Assembly (NCBI RefSeq): GCF_003057965.1
Contig: NZ_CP020921.1
Location: 1,352,916-1,416,915 of the forward strand
Direction: 5' to 3'
DNA from: Thermodesulfobium acidiphilum
GTDB lineage: Bacteria; Thermodesulfobiota; Thermodesulfobiia; Thermodesulfobiales; Thermodesulfobiaceae
Length of the DNA: 64,000 nt
The notes beneath the pieces were generated by a model. It was not told the DNA's origin. It saw only the letters and a list, made by a program, of their open reading frames with translations, and made no database searches. The position numbers and the translations under genes were made by a program. Positions 18,082 through 27,807 of this stretch are shown piece after piece. How positions within the stretch are numbered: the stretch's first letter is position 1; every line of letters begins with the position of its first letter.

Positions 18082-18137
18082 TAAAAAAATAAGCCATAGA
18101 AAGATGTGCAATTTTTACACAAACCTTCATGGCTTTA
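18082..18137 (-). promoter_or_regulatory. leader terminator/attenuator, second copy of the receptor leader motif
   Basis: Minus strand TAAAGCCATGAAGG...ATGGCTTATTTTTTTA directly before GGAGG. Confidence 0.65.
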
Positions 18138-18274
18138 TCCTAATACTTTAATTTTATAATTTTAACAAATTCGATCTAAAAGTCAAACTATTTTTCCTGA
18201 ACTTCTGCGTTGATTATCAATTAAAGGCTTTATATGTTATTATATTATTATTCTAAAGAGTATTGGGAGCAAAT

Positions 18275-18952
18275 ATGAGAAAGTTATTATATATCCTTTT
18301 TGCTTTTTTATTTTTTGCAATTTTAGGTACAAATTCTGCTTTTGCAAATATAGAACTAATTGGGCCAGGTAAGCCAAACCCTCCTGGAGATTATATTTCA
18401 AATCTAAATCCTGTTTTGATCTGGAGTTCAGATAAAGATAGTTCGTATTTTAAAGTTGCTATATATCTAGAAGATAACAACTCTTTAGCACCAAAAATTG
18501 TTAGAGAATGGCTCTTTATAAAGGGTACTTCTATCAGAGTTCCAGATGGTGTTTTGTCGCCAAATAACACATACTTTTGGACAGTTACTGATATGCAAAA
18601 CTCTACCACTAATAATTACCTGTATTTCACCACTGTAAATCCAATAATAGTTAAAATTCTCGAACCAGGATCTGAAACATTTCCAGGATTTTTTGTCAAC
18701 CCAGATGACTTAAAATTTATCTGGAGATCTGAAAACGCAGATAAAATAAATTTGATAGTCTTAAGAATTGAAAAAGAAGGAAAAACTACTATATTATCAA
18801 AGGAATTTAACTCAAAAGAAAATGAATTTGACGTTTCTAGTAATCCTGATATTAAAAAGCTTTTTACCAGTGGTGATTATGAATATTACATTGTTGCCAC
18901 ATCAGGAAGTAATACAAAGGTAACATCAAGCAAGTTTTTTAGGATAAAATAA
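18275..18952 (+). CDS. exported protein with probable Ig/fibronectin-III-like domains
   Basis: Signal peptide ending AFA; P.L.W...Y.V...L.P...YFW.V pattern; repeated half. Confidence 0.65.
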   Translation: MRKLLYILFAFLFFAILGTNSAFANIELIGPGKPNPPGDYISNLNPVLIWSSDKDSSYFKVAIYLEDNNSLAPKIVREWLFIKGTSIRVPDGVLSPNNTYFWTVTDMQNSTTNNYLYFTTVNPIIVKILEPGSETFPGFFVNPDDLKFIWRSENADKINLIVLRIEKEGKTTILSKEFNSKENEFDVSSNPDIKKLFTSGDYEYYIVATSGSNTKVTSSKFFRIK

Positions 18953-18988
18953 CTATTTAAACTATTGGATCTTTCAGGAGAGTTGGTA

Positions 18989-19492
18989 ATGGACAAAGAA
19001 AATAAATTAAAGATAGACGATTTAGATATAAAACTTATAAAGCTTTTACAAGAAGATATTCCTTTAGTAGAAAGGCCTTTTTTAGAAATATCAAAGAAAT
19101 TAAACATAACTGAAAAAGAAGTTATTTCCTGGGTCAAAAAGTCATTAAATAGTGGTCTGATGAGAAGATTTGGGGCAAGAATTAGCCATAGAAAGATAGG
19201 AATAAATGCGAACCCAATGATAGCATGGAAAATTCCAGAATCAAGAGTAGAAGAATGTGGTAATATCCTTGCAAAAAATCCAGATGTAACTCACTGCTAT
19301 GAAAGGGCTACCTCAGATGAATGGCCATACAACATTTATACAATGATACATTGCAAAAGCAAGTCAGAAGCTGACAAAATTGCAAAAAGTCTATCAGATC
19401 AAATAAAAATAACTGATTATATCTTATTGTACAGCATAAGGGAGTTGAAAAAGACCCATATGGCTTATTTTACCGACAAAAAGGGTAAATAA
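18989..19492 (+). CDS. ahbB: siroheme decarboxylase subunit (Lrp/AsnC-like, AhbB/NirH type)
   Basis: LQEDIPLVERPF, RRFGA, THCYER, WPYNIYTMIH, ELKKT; adjacent to hemL. Confidence 0.85.
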   Translation: MDKENKLKIDDLDIKLIKLLQEDIPLVERPFLEISKKLNITEKEVISWVKKSLNSGLMRRFGARISHRKIGINANPMIAWKIPESRVEECGNILAKNPDVTHCYERATSDEWPYNIYTMIHCKSKSEADKIAKSLSDQIKITDYILLYSIRELKKTHMAYFTDKKGK

Positions 19493-19498
19493 AAGGGA

Positions 19499-20791
19499 GT
19501 GAAAAATTTGTTTTTTAAAAAATCAAAAGAACTTTATGACGAGGCAAGAAAGTATATACCTGGTGGAGTAAACTCACCAGTCAGGGCTTTAAAAGCTGTG
19601 GGCTGTAATCCTGCTTTTATAAAAAGTGGCAAAAAAGCTTATTTATTTGACGAGGATTCAAACAAATATATAGACTATGTTTGCTCCTGGGGCCCACTTA
19701 TCTTTGGTCATGCAAATAAGAAAATTATAAAATCTGTTGAAGAAGCTTTGTATCACGGCTTTACTTACGGTGCTCCTACAAAAGTTGAAGTTGAGTTAGC
19801 TAAATTGATAACAAAGTGTGTCCCTAGCATAGAAAAAGTAAGATTGGTATCCTCAGGCACAGAAGCTACAATGACTGCTATCAGGTTAGCAAGGGCTTAT
19901 ACAAAAAGAGATAAGATAATTAAATTCAAAGGTTGTTACCACGGTCACGCTGATAGCTTCCTTGTTCAGATGGGATCAGGAGGCCTTACTTTCTCTATTC
20001 CTACTTCACCAGGTGTCCTTGAAGATGTAGCAAAAAATACCCTGCTAGCAAACTACAACAATAAAGAAGATGTAAAAAACATTTTTAACACCTTTAAGGA
20101 CCAAATCAGTGCAGTAATAGTAGAACCAGTAGCAGGAAATATGGGCATAGTAAAGCCAGAAGATGGCTTTCTTAACTTTTTAGCCGAAATTACGCGCGAA
20201 AATGGATCACTTTTAATATTTGATGAAGTTATTACAGGCTTTAGATTAGGGCTTGCTGGCGCTCAGGGAATTTATAACATTAAACCCGATATCACTACGT
20301 TGGGGAAAATAATTGGAGGAGGTTTTCCACTTGCCGCATTTGGTGGAAAAGCTCAAATAATGGATTTGCTCTCACCCGAAGGTCCAGTTTATCAAGCTGG
20401 CACATTATCTGGTAATCCAATAGCCTGTACAGCTGGGATAACAACTATAAAGATGTTACTTGAAGATCCCCCATATGATAAACTTGAAAAAATTACCAAA
20501 TATCTTACAGAAGGAATGAAAGACATATTCAAAAAATATTCAATAGACATATACATTTCACAGTGTAGTTCAATGTTTACGCCATTTTTCTGTAGTGGAA
20601 AAGTTACAGATCTTGATTCGGCAATAAAATCAAACACACAAATGTATTCAAAATTCTTTCAAGGGCTTTTAAATAAAGGTGTATATCCTCCAGCATCACA
20701 ATTTGAAGCATGGTTTGTTTCAACAGCCCATTCACAGAAAGATATTGATGCTACTCTTGAGACAATTGAAAATGTTGCCAAAAATTTCTAA
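19499..20791 (+). CDS. hemL: glutamate-1-semialdehyde 2,1-aminomutase
   Basis: PGGVNSPVRA, SGTEATM, GCYHGH, FDEVITGFR, GKIIGGG, YQAGTLSGNP. Confidence 0.97.
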   Translation: MKNLFFKKSKELYDEARKYIPGGVNSPVRALKAVGCNPAFIKSGKKAYLFDEDSNKYIDYVCSWGPLIFGHANKKIIKSVEEALYHGFTYGAPTKVEVELAKLITKCVPSIEKVRLVSSGTEATMTAIRLARAYTKRDKIIKFKGCYHGHADSFLVQMGSGGLTFSIPTSPGVLEDVAKNTLLANYNNKEDVKNIFNTFKDQISAVIVEPVAGNMGIVKPEDGFLNFLAEITRENGSLLIFDEVITGFRLGLAGAQGIYNIKPDITTLGKIIGGGFPLAAFGGKAQIMDLLSPEGPVYQAGTLSGNPIACTAGITTIKMLLEDPPYDKLEKITKYLTEGMKDIFKKYSIDIYISQCSSMFTPFFCSGKVTDLDSAIKSNTQMYSKFFQGLLNKGVYPPASQFEAWFVSTAHSQKDIDATLETIENVAKNF

Positions 20792-20921
20792 AAATAATTT
20801 AATCGTTGGCTTTGTTGTACTCTTTGTATTAAGCGTGCTTATACCTATAATTTCAAAAATACTACTTTTTTTTATAGCATTTCTTTTAATCTACCAATAT
20901 TTCTTAAAAAAAAGACAATGA
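20772..20921 (+). CDS. small (49-aa) membrane protein
   Basis: ATG overlaps the hemL end and the stop overlaps the next ATG (ATGA); long hydrophobic stretch plus KKRQ tail. Confidence 0.55.
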   Translation: MLPKISKNNLIVGFVVLFVLSVLIPIISKILLFFIAFLLIYQYFLKKRQ

Positions 20922-21628
20922 AAGTAATTGCAATAAGCGACGTTCATACTCCTCAATATTTATGGATGTTAAAGAAAAAATTAGAAACCTTAGATAACGA
21001 TATTGACCTCATAATTGGAGCAGGAGATTTAATATACAAGGGGGCAAGTTTAGCAATTAACAGTTTAACTTCTACAATAGTTGAAAAGTTCAATAAATTT
21101 GTGCCCTTTTTTACGTGCTTCGGAAATGAAGAGTATTTCAACACAGAACCTAAATTAAAGCAACTTAAATATCCTATTTATTTAGATACAGACTTTATCA
21201 AACTAGGGAAACCTGAATGGACATTTTTCTTTACAAGAGGTATTTTAGCACAACCAACTACCTGGCAAAAAAAGCATATGAAAGATGCAGAAGGAATATA
21301 TGAAAGAAAGCTAAGTGAAATACGTTCTATAATTGAGAATCTAAAAAAGCAAACAGACAGAATAGTTTATATAAGTCACTATGCTCCTACATATAGAACC
21401 CTGGAAGGAGAAAACCAAGAAAGCTTAGAACTATTAGGAAGCAACAAGGTTGAAAAACTTTTATTAGAATTTGATATCCCACTTGCAATACATGGGCACT
21501 CTCATCACTCAACCAAACCTATTGTAAGTATTGGAAAATCAACTATAATAAACGCTGCTATAATGGTTAATAAAGCTATCCCGACTATAATTTTAAAGGA
21601 CGGTGTGAGTATTGAACATATTAGCTAA
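20918..21628 (+). CDS. metallophosphoesterase (calcineurin-like)
   Basis: SDVH, AGD, GNEE, SHYAP, HGHSH motifs. Confidence 0.85.
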   Translation: MKVIAISDVHTPQYLWMLKKKLETLDNDIDLIIGAGDLIYKGASLAINSLTSTIVEKFNKFVPFFTCFGNEEYFNTEPKLKQLKYPIYLDTDFIKLGKPEWTFFFTRGILAQPTTWQKKHMKDAEGIYERKLSEIRSIIENLKKQTDRIVYISHYAPTYRTLEGENQESLELLGSNKVEKLLLEFDIPLAIHGHSHHSTKPIVSIGKSTIINAAIMVNKAIPTIILKDGVSIEHIS

Positions 21629-22499
21629 TGTTGGTAACACTCCCTTAATAAAGCTTGGTAGCTTTAATGATAAAAATATATTTGGCAAATGGGAAGCAAA
21701 AAATCCTATGGGTTCAATAAAGGATAGAGCAGCTCTAAATATGATAGAAACAGCAATCAAAGAGGGAAAAATTACCTCTGAAACGATAGTGGTAGAAGCT
21801 ACATCTGGAAACACAGGAATAGGACTTGCTTTTGTCTGTGCAGTTAAGGGTATAAAATTAAGAATTTATCTCCCAGAACACATGAGCGAAGAGAGAAAAA
21901 AGATCTTAAAAGCATTTGGCACCCAATTGATTCTCACCCCAAAGAATAAGGGCATTTCAGGTTCTGTGATAGCTGCAAAAGAATTTGCAAAATCATCTAA
22001 TGCTTTTTATGTTGATCAGTTCAACAATCCCTCCAACGCTATGGCACATTATATTAGCACTGCTCCAGAAATATATAGAGATATGAAAGGAGAAATTGGA
22101 GCTATCGTTTGTCCGATAGGAAGTGCGGGCACCATAACGGGCATTGGTAAATTTATGAAATCAATAAATAAGGAAATAAAGATAATAGGAGTAGAACCAG
22201 AGTTAAGCCCCACCATTAAAAGGGGCATTAGTGCACCTCATAAAATTCAAGGAATAGCGCCAGGTTTTGTTCCTGGCATATATAATCCTAATGTCGTTGA
22301 CGACATTATATGCGTTTCAGATGATGAAGCATACGAAATGACTAGATATTTAGCTAGAAAAGAGGGTCTTTTTGTAGGCATATCATCAGGAGCAAGCTTA
22401 GCAGCATCGTTAAAACTCAATGTTGAAAAGCCAATAGTCGCAATACTCCCAGACACGGGGGAAAGGTATCTCTCAGTAGAAAATCTATTCAATGCATAG
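21612..22499 (+). CDS. cysK: cysteine synthase A
   Basis: GNTPL, NPMGSIKDR, ATSGNTGIGLA, HKIQGI, GISSGA, PDTGERYLS. Confidence 0.95.
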   Translation: MNILANVGNTPLIKLGSFNDKNIFGKWEAKNPMGSIKDRAALNMIETAIKEGKITSETIVVEATSGNTGIGLAFVCAVKGIKLRIYLPEHMSEERKKILKAFGTQLILTPKNKGISGSVIAAKEFAKSSNAFYVDQFNNPSNAMAHYISTAPEIYRDMKGEIGAIVCPIGSAGTITGIGKFMKSINKEIKIIGVEPELSPTIKRGISAPHKIQGIAPGFVPGIYNPNVVDDIICVSDDEAYEMTRYLARKEGLFVGISSGASLAASLKLNVEKPIVAILPDTGERYLSVENLFNA

Positions 22500-23466
22500 A
22501 GCAATACTTCTTTTTTCAGGAGGCTTAGACTCCCTGATTGCAGGGAGAATCATACAGGATCAAAATATTGAGGTAATTCCAATCAAGTTTACTACCCCTT
22601 TTTTTGAAGCTGACGAAAGAGTTAAGGTATACGCAAGAGAAGCAAGATTAAAAGAACCTATATTTTTTGACGTTACTGATCAATTTTTTAATATATTAAA
22701 GAATCCAAAATACGGTTTCGGAAAATCACTTAATCCTTGCATAGATTGTCATAAATTAATGATTGAAGAAAGCATAAAGTTGCTTAAAGTTTTTGACGCA
22801 TCATTTGTTATAACCGGAGAAGTTTTAGGTGAAAGACCCATGTCTCAAAACAAAAGAAGTCTAAATTTAGTTGCACATAATTACTCGGATTTAGTATTAA
22901 GGCCACTTTCAGCTAAGCTATTGCCAGAAACCAGCATTGAAAGGTCTAAAATTGTAAACAGAGAACTTCTCGAAGGCATTTCAGGAAGATCGAGAAAAAA
23001 ACAGAAAGAACTCGCAAGGCTTTTAAACATAAAGAAATATCCCGCACCAGCTGGCGGCTGCGTTCTCACAGAAAAGCAATTTGGAAATAAGATTAAGAAA
23101 TTAATTGACCTGGGTATGTTAACAGCAGATTTTTGCAGGCTGATAAAAAATTCAAGGGTGCTCTTTGTTGAAAAGTATAATAACCTCCTGATAACTGGTC
23201 GTTGTGAAAGAGAAAATCAAATGATCCAGAATTTTGCTGAAAAGTTTGGAATATCTTATTTTATGCCAAAAAATGAGAAAGGGAGCTATCTTTTGCCCAT
23301 AAAAGCAGCATTTAGTGAAGAGGAGAATATTTTCTACGCAAAAGTTACTGCCTCATTCAATGATGAAAAAGATAATGAAGTCGAAATCATCACCTCTGAT
23401 CACAGCCAGAGCTATAAAGTTTTGGCTCTAGAAAGAGAAGAAATAAATAAATTCTTATTTACTTAG
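22492..23466 (+). CDS. PP-loop tRNA thiolation-type ATPase (ThiI/MnmA-like)
   Basis: SGGLDS, NPCIDC, TGEVLGERPMSQ, RPLSAK, PAGGC. Confidence 0.85.
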   Translation: MHRAILLFSGGLDSLIAGRIIQDQNIEVIPIKFTTPFFEADERVKVYAREARLKEPIFFDVTDQFFNILKNPKYGFGKSLNPCIDCHKLMIEESIKLLKVFDASFVITGEVLGERPMSQNKRSLNLVAHNYSDLVLRPLSAKLLPETSIERSKIVNRELLEGISGRSRKKQKELARLLNIKKYPAPAGGCVLTEKQFGNKIKKLIDLGMLTADFCRLIKNSRVLFVEKYNNLLITGRCERENQMIQNFAEKFGISYFMPKNEKGSYLLPIKAAFSEEENIFYAKVTASFNDEKDNEVEIITSDHSQSYKVLALEREEINKFLFT

Positions 23467-23515
23467 ATTAAGCCAAAATATTTAAGCAAAGAACTTCACG
23501 TAATTAAGATCCTTC

Positions 23516-23839
23516 TTAACCACCACTAATTTTGGTAATACTCTTCCCAAAGTAATTTTGAGCAAATTCAGCAACCTTTTCTTTGTTAATGTCTCCTTCA
23601 ATAGTGCCAATATTTACTCCCGAAACGCTTAGATCCCAATCTACCATCCATGCTCTTCTGGCTTCAATTTTGGCAAAAGTGCCATCAGAAAACCAAACGT
23701 CATAAACCTTATAGAAAACAAACTGATCGCTTTCTGCTCTAGCCGGCACATTGGTGTTTAACACGAAGTCATAAGAAGTGAAAACAAACGTTGACACACA
23801 AAGGATACACAAAAATATTAAAAGTCTAAAAAATTTCAT
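23516..23839 (-). CDS. exported hypothetical protein
   Basis: N-terminal hydrophobic segment; AGGAGG RBS. Confidence 0.7.
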   Translation of the reverse strand: MKFFRLLIFLCILCVSTFVFTSYDFVLNTNVPARAESDQFVFYKVYDVWFSDGTFAKIEARRAWMVDWDLSVSGVNIGTIEGDINKEKVAEFAQNYFGKSITKISGG

Positions 23840-23910
23840 TTATCCTCCTGAAAACGAAATATTCATTTCATAAAGTAAATTTTATCACACCTTAATTACT
23901 ACTACAAAAT

Positions 23911-25488
23911 CTAACCCCTAATCCTTTCTACATATATTCTCTCTGGATAAACAATAAGCCCAGAAGGGTTCGGTTTAGAAAGCCCCTTTACCCAATTTCT
24001 GTAAGCTACAATACTTTTTGGATACCAAAGAAATACATATGGCTGATCTTGAACTATAATCTTATATACTTTTCTATAAATCTTCTTTCTTTTTTCTTGA
24101 TCAATTGTTTGCCTACCTAATATAATTAATCTATCCACTTCTGGATTATTATAACCATTTAGATTAAACCCATTAGGATATTCTTTCGAATACCATATTC
24201 CATATGGATCTGGATCAATGCCCAAACCCCAACCCATTATTGTGGCATCAAAATCCTTTTTTTCTGATGTCAATCTTTGTAAAAGACTGCTCCATTCTAA
24301 GGTAACCAGGTCCATCTTTATTCCTCTTTTTTCAAGATATTGTTGAATAATAACTCCAGCCATTTCTCTATCTTTGCTGCCCTGTCTTATAAGACAGGTA
24401 AATCTGAATGGTTGATTATTTTTATACCTTAAACCATTAGAACCTCTTTTCCAGCCAGCACTATCAAGAATTTCGTCTGCTTTCTCAGGATTATATTCCG
24501 GATACCATAACCCTTCAGGATAAGACCAATCAAGAGGACATGTTGGATAGTTAAGTACTCCACCATAACCCATCAAGACTGCTTTTACAAGCGCATCTTT
24601 ATCGATTGCATGAGCAATTGCTACTCTTACATTTCTGTCTTCGAACAATCTATTTTTTAGGTTAAACCCCAAATAAGTATAGGCTTTTATTGGATAAGAA
24701 ACAACTGTACTTGTTGGATCTTCTTTTATCCACGCCACATCCTTTGGTCTAAGATCAACCATATCTATGTCTCCAGTTTCATAAGAAAAGACTTGAGAAC
24801 TACTATCAGGAATTATTTTCATAATTAAAGAATTTAATAGTGGCTTTCCCCTGTAATATCTTTTATTCGATTCAAGTAATATTTTGTCAGCAACCTGCCA
24901 TTTTTTCATAATAAAGGGTCCCGTCCCAATTGGCATTCTATTAAAATCTGATGTATTTATATCTTGATTCTCCAGTATATGTTTGGGTAATATTCCAATT
25001 CCTAAATTAGATATAAATGGGGAAAAGACTCCAGGCAAAACAAAATCCAAAGTAAAATTATCAACCTTTATAACCTTTATCGGCACGTTGTCAACGACCA
25101 TATCAGATCTTCTAACAGTATTTGTTTTTGGATCAAGAATTTTTTCATATGTAAAAACGACATCATCAGCAGTTAATCTAACGCCGTCATGAAAATAAAC
25201 GTCCTTTCTCAAAACAATTCTATATACCAAACCATTATTTAAAATCTTTATACTTTCAGCCAAATCCGGTTGGATCTTTTGATCCTCATCAACTCTTATA
25301 ATTCCATTGAAAAGAAAATCTATAACAGAAAGGGATGCCGAATCAGAAGCAAGTATAGGATTAAGGGTTACAGGGTCACTTCCCAACGACAAAACCAGAC
25401 TATCCTTGGGAAGATTTACTGTAGAACAACCTGAAACAAGAGAAAATCCAGATAGAGTTAGAAAAGCCAAAAAACTCCTTCTAGTCAA
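23911..25488 (-). CDS. peptide/nickel ABC transporter substrate-binding lipoprotein (family 5), Tat signal
   Basis: TRRSFL twin-arginine, LVSGC lipobox, PDLAE, FHDG.LTADDV.FT, PIGTGPF; TTG start after GGAG. Confidence 0.9.
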   Translation of the reverse strand: MTRRSFLAFLTLSGFSLVSGCSTVNLPKDSLVLSLGSDPVTLNPILASDSASLSVIDFLFNGIIRVDEDQKIQPDLAESIKILNNGLVYRIVLRKDVYFHDGVRLTADDVVFTYEKILDPKTNTVRRSDMVVDNVPIKVIKVDNFTLDFVLPGVFSPFISNLGIGILPKHILENQDINTSDFNRMPIGTGPFIMKKWQVADKILLESNKRYYRGKPLLNSLIMKIIPDSSSQVFSYETGDIDMVDLRPKDVAWIKEDPTSTVVSYPIKAYTYLGFNLKNRLFEDRNVRVAIAHAIDKDALVKAVLMGYGGVLNYPTCPLDWSYPEGLWYPEYNPEKADEILDSAGWKRGSNGLRYKNNQPFRFTCLIRQGSKDREMAGVIIQQYLEKRGIKMDLVTLEWSSLLQRLTSEKKDFDATIMGWGLGIDPDPYGIWYSKEYPNGFNLNGYNNPEVDRLIILGRQTIDQEKRKKIYRKVYKIIVQDQPYVFLWYPKSIVAYRNWVKGLSKPNPSGLIVYPERIYVERIRG

Positions 25489-25593
25489 AATATCTCCGAT
25501 CCTTAATCTTTTAACAAAGCTATTATAATATAATGGTATCAAATAAACAATTATTTTTATACATCCAAATTTAATTGCAGGAGGAGGAGAAAT

Positions 25594-26652
25594 TTGAAAA
25601 TCAGATTTGATCAAAAAGAACTTGTAGAATGGGCAACACAAGTGTTAAAAAAAATGTCTATGTCTGAATCAGATGCAAAAACTACAGCCACAATCCTTGT
25701 AAAAGCAGATCTAAGAGGAATCGAAACACATGGTCTAGCAAGGTTACCTATCTATGTTGAAAGAATAAAAAAGGGGGGTATAAATCCAAAACCAAACTTA
25801 AAAGTTCTAAAAGAAACTTCAGTAACCACTTTAATTGACGCCGACAATGCAATGGGTCAAGTCGCAGGACAGTTCGCCATGTCAAAAGCAATTGAAAAAG
25901 CACATAAAACTTTTGTTGGTATTTCATCAGTTAGAAAGGGCAACCATTTTGGAATAGTTGCTCATTACCTTGAAATGGCATTAAATAATAATATGTTTGG
26001 TATAGCTACTACAAACACGTCTCCCCTCCTTGCTCCCTTTGGCGGCAGAAAGGCAATTCTTGGTACTAACCCAATTGCTTTCGGATTTCCAGGAGGACAA
26101 TTTTACCCAATAATTCTGGACATGGCATCTTCGGTCACATCCAGAGGGAGGATAAAAATAGCACAGTTAAATAACGAAAAAATACCTCTTACTTGGGCTG
26201 TTGACGAAAGAGGAATTCCTACCGATGATCCAAACGAAGCCTTAAAGGGTGCCCTACTTCCATTTGGAGATCATAAAGGTTACGGTTTGGCTGTAATAGG
26301 GGATATTTTAAGCTCAGTATTAAGCGGTGCAGGATATCTCATTCATACTGGAGAACTTTATAAAGAACCAGAAAAACCTCAAAACTTAGGATTCTTTATG
26401 ATGGCAGTAAAATTAGAAGCCTTTATAGATGTAGACGAATTCAATCAAAGAATAACAGATTTTATCAAGACAATTAAAGAATCTCCTAAAGCTGAAGGGA
26501 CAAAAGAAATATTTATGCCAGGAGAAATTGAATATATAAGAGAATCAAAAAATATAAAAGAAGGAACCCCCTTAGGTGAAAACGTAATAAAAGAACTAAA
26601 AGAATTGGGAAGTTCAGTAGGAATAGAATTTAATTTAGCGCCAAAAAATTAG
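25594..26652 (+). CDS. Ldh_2 family (malate/L-lactate/sulfolactate-type) dehydrogenase
   Basis: ADLRG..THG, NHFG, GTNPIA, LDMASS, HKGYGLA, PGE. Confidence 0.92.
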   Translation: MKIRFDQKELVEWATQVLKKMSMSESDAKTTATILVKADLRGIETHGLARLPIYVERIKKGGINPKPNLKVLKETSVTTLIDADNAMGQVAGQFAMSKAIEKAHKTFVGISSVRKGNHFGIVAHYLEMALNNNMFGIATTNTSPLLAPFGGRKAILGTNPIAFGFPGGQFYPIILDMASSVTSRGRIKIAQLNNEKIPLTWAVDERGIPTDDPNEALKGALLPFGDHKGYGLAVIGDILSSVLSGAGYLIHTGELYKEPEKPQNLGFFMMAVKLEAFIDVDEFNQRITDFIKTIKESPKAEGTKEIFMPGEIEYIRESKNIKEGTPLGENVIKELKELGSSVGIEFNLAPKN

Positions 26653-26698
26653 AACAAAACATTTTAAATTAAAAAATTACTTTATATTCAAACCCTAC

Positions 26699-26737
26699 AC
26701 TATAAGCCCCGCGAAAGAGATTTGCGGGGCTTATAGT
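26699..26737. terminator. stem-loop between convergent genes
   Basis: ACTATAAGCCCCGCGAA...TTGCGGGGCTTATAGT; U-tracts are weak. Confidence 0.7.
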
Positions 26738-26745
26738 ATTTATAA

Positions 26746-27807
26746 TTATAAATCAAGGGCTTTACTGATAGCTTTTAAATCCACAAACTCCTCTACCATA
26801 GCAGTTGCCCTCTGGATCTTTTTCTCTTCTCTGATGCGAGCTCTGCCAAAAACTCTCTCTACAAGCTCAACTACAGTAAGCGTATCTTGTTTCACAAGAA
26901 CAATTGGGACACCTGCATCCTCAGCTTTGGCCAAAACAACATTACTTGGATAAAAGTTTCCCGTTAATACAAGTACTTTGGTAGGCGTTTCCAATGCAGC
27001 CATTTGAATATCTGATCTATCTCCACCAGTTATAACAGCCTTGTTTATTACCCGTCTAAAATATCTAAGAGCATTATCTACACTCATAGCACCAACAAGA
27101 AATCTTTCAACTAGTTCATCAAGTTTGTCTTCCTGACAAAGTATTTCACCGTTTAATACCTCTACCAGTTCACGGATGCTAATAGACTTCAAAGTTTCAT
27201 CCTGAGGAATTGCCCCAAGGAAATTAATACCTTTACCCGTCAGATATGGGATCAAGAGTCTGTGATGATATTCTCTGCAAGCTTGTGTTCCACCTGTTAC
27301 AACAAAGCCTACAAGTCTGTCTTTAAAAATTTCCTTCGCTTCGAGAATGTGATCTGCAAGAATATCTGTTTCACACCTTGCAACCACTATCACCTTTAGA
27401 TCGAGTAACTCAGCTACATCTTTTGGAGCAAGGCTATACATCTTACCCTCTATAAAATTACCTACTCCCTCTACAAGAATGACCTCATTCTTACCTAAAA
27501 GCTTTTCATAGCTTTCCTTTACCTGTTTTGTAATATCTGTCACCTGAGATTTCAGAAACAGGACAGCTAAATCAGGCGTCATTACAACAGGTACCATTTC
27601 ATCAAGAGGATCTTTCAAACCCAATGCCTTACGAGCAGAAACAGCATCTTCGTCTGTCAACAAACCCTCTTCTCTCGTCGGGAGATTCCCCAGAGGCTTA
27701 AAGTATGAAACCTTCTTTCCTTGAGCTTGGAGGTTTCTCCCAACTCCCAAAAGTACAGTGCTCTTTCCTACAAATGATTCCGGTGATACAAAGTAAAGCC
27801 CTTTCAT
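26746..27807 (-). CDS. BioD-like/DRTGG domain protein (phosphotransacetylase N-terminal-like, stand-alone)
   Basis: GKST, YFKP, VEG, ITGGDRSDI, LTGN; no PTA catalytic domain. Confidence 0.88.
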   Translation of the reverse strand: MKGLYFVSPESFVGKSTVLLGVGRNLQAQGKKVSYFKPLGNLPTREEGLLTDEDAVSARKALGLKDPLDEMVPVVMTPDLAVLFLKSQVTDITKQVKESYEKLLGKNEVILVEGVGNFIEGKMYSLAPKDVAELLDLKVIVVARCETDILADHILEAKEIFKDRLVGFVVTGGTQACREYHHRLLIPYLTGKGINFLGAIPQDETLKSISIRELVEVLNGEILCQEDKLDELVERFLVGAMSVDNALRYFRRVINKAVITGGDRSDIQMAALETPTKVLVLTGNFYPSNVVLAKAEDAGVPIVLVKQDTLTVVELVERVFGRARIREEKKIQRATAMVEEFVDLKAISKALDL

